The notes beneath the pieces were generated by a model, which saw only the letters and a list, made by a program, of their open reading frames with translations, did no database searches and had not been told where the DNA came from. Of a stretch of 64,000 bases of DNA, positions 62,725 through 64,000 are shown piece after piece (positions within the stretch are counted from its first letter, which is position 1; each line of letters starts with the position of its first letter). Location of the stretch: the NCBI GenBank assembly GCA_037379345.1, contig CM074513.1, positions 19,406,001 through 19,470,000 of the forward strand. Direction: 5' to 3'. The DNA comes from Perna viridis. Taxonomy: Eukaryota. Made by a program: the position numbers and the translations under genes.

Positions 62725-64000
62725 AACATCTGTCTTATCCCTCCTATGATTAAGGATGGAACTGCAACATGTTTACGTTTATTTTGATTCTTATATTGTT
62801 TCATAATATTTATTTTCACTTGTTGGGTTCAACAGAATTTCTAGTTGGCTATTTGCTGCATATTTCCAATAAGTTAATACTGTCATTCCCTCTGTAATAT
62901 TCAATTTACTCATAAGAGGTAGCAGTTACCTTTTTTATATTTAGTCAGGATGAACTTATATTCGTATCTGTTCACCTTGTGTTACGGATATCATATAGGT
63001 CAAGATGACCAATGCCATACATCCTCATCAGGTACTCTAGCCTTTCATATCGATAGAGTCATATATATATTATTTTGTCTGAGAGTAAATAGTGAATAGT
63101 CCGGTAATAATTATATGGTAATTGACGGTAGAGTATCAAATTTGGAATTTAGACTTTAAAACTGTAAAGTTGTTTATTAGTCACCGCGAAAGCATCGAAA
63201 TACATTTAATGGTTTATAGGAAAATACAATGTAAAATCCATTAACCCGCGGAAATGTGCATCATTATATTATTTCACAGAAGTGAATGACAAATTACCAA
63301 TTTCTATATGATTCTCAAACTTGCTCAAACAAAAAAAAGAAACATTCATATAAAAATATAAAAGAGAGCACTTCATCTCAAAATAATGTAATACATTGTG
63401 TACGATAGGTGGATAAATGTCATCCTTATTAATATGCGTTTACATAGATACGCATAGAGCACTAAGCAATCGATTCTTCAATGAAATTAAGCTTTAAAAT
63501 CAATTAAAAATCTAACTTACAATTCTTTCAGCACGTTGAAGTTCATTTCAACACATATTATCCTAAGGTTTCAGCATTTGATATCGCAATACGTCACTAA
63601 GATAAAATATAATTTACAGAGTAAAGCATCATTACGCAATACACATTTACATGTTTGTATCTTTGTAATCAATCTTTAATATGATGTTGTCAACATAGAC
63701 TTTTCTTTCGTTATTGATTATTAATCCCCTAAAAGTAATTATAATATACAATATCAGAGCGAATTAAATAAATCATTTGTGTGCAAGATTTACCTGAACT
63801 TGTAAAAGTAGCTGATTTGAAAGACTCTCTAGTTCTTTTAACGACAAAAATAACAACCAATCAAATTACGCGGATAGAAATAGATCGAAATCCTATGAAG
63901 CGTAAACGACTTCGAATAAGATACGAAAGTTATTAATGAAATGCATCTGCTAATAGTATATGTGTAAATATTGCGGACTGTTCCTTTCAAATATTAGGGG

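Overview
AT-rich, intron-rich animal genomic DNA. The repeat content and abundant TACATGTA motif suggest a bivalve mollusc (inference). Two complete minus-strand genes could be reconstructed by hand with consistent GT-AG junctions and phases. The first is CWF19L2, a spliceosome/intron-lariat factor with 18 coding exons (45354->18407, 914 aa). The second is a Patched-related PTCHD3-like sterol-sensing/RND membrane protein with 4 coding exons (59263->53841, 871 aa). Almost all other ORFs in the supplied track are spurious or transposon relics. The rest of the window is a dense mosaic of mobile DNA: Penelope-like retroelement (PLE) fragments, an RTE LINE, a CR1-type relic, SINEs, TTAA- and TTA-target MITEs, Helentron-type elements, a long-TIR MITE and minisatellites. 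Highlights: (1) a (TA)n-embedded, circularly permuted element carrying a complete tRNA-Leu-derived Pol III unit; (2) a conserved multibranch RNA fold in the 3' UTR of the PLE family; (3) a minimal hammerhead ribozyme relic; (4) a four-layer nested insertion with an intact TTA target duplication; (5) inverted MITEs bracketing CWF19L2 exon 14; (6) a candidate unannotated two-exon microprotein/lncRNA gene at 12-14 kb. All calls were made by eye with no database searches. Repeat boundaries are approximate unless a TSD is quoted.
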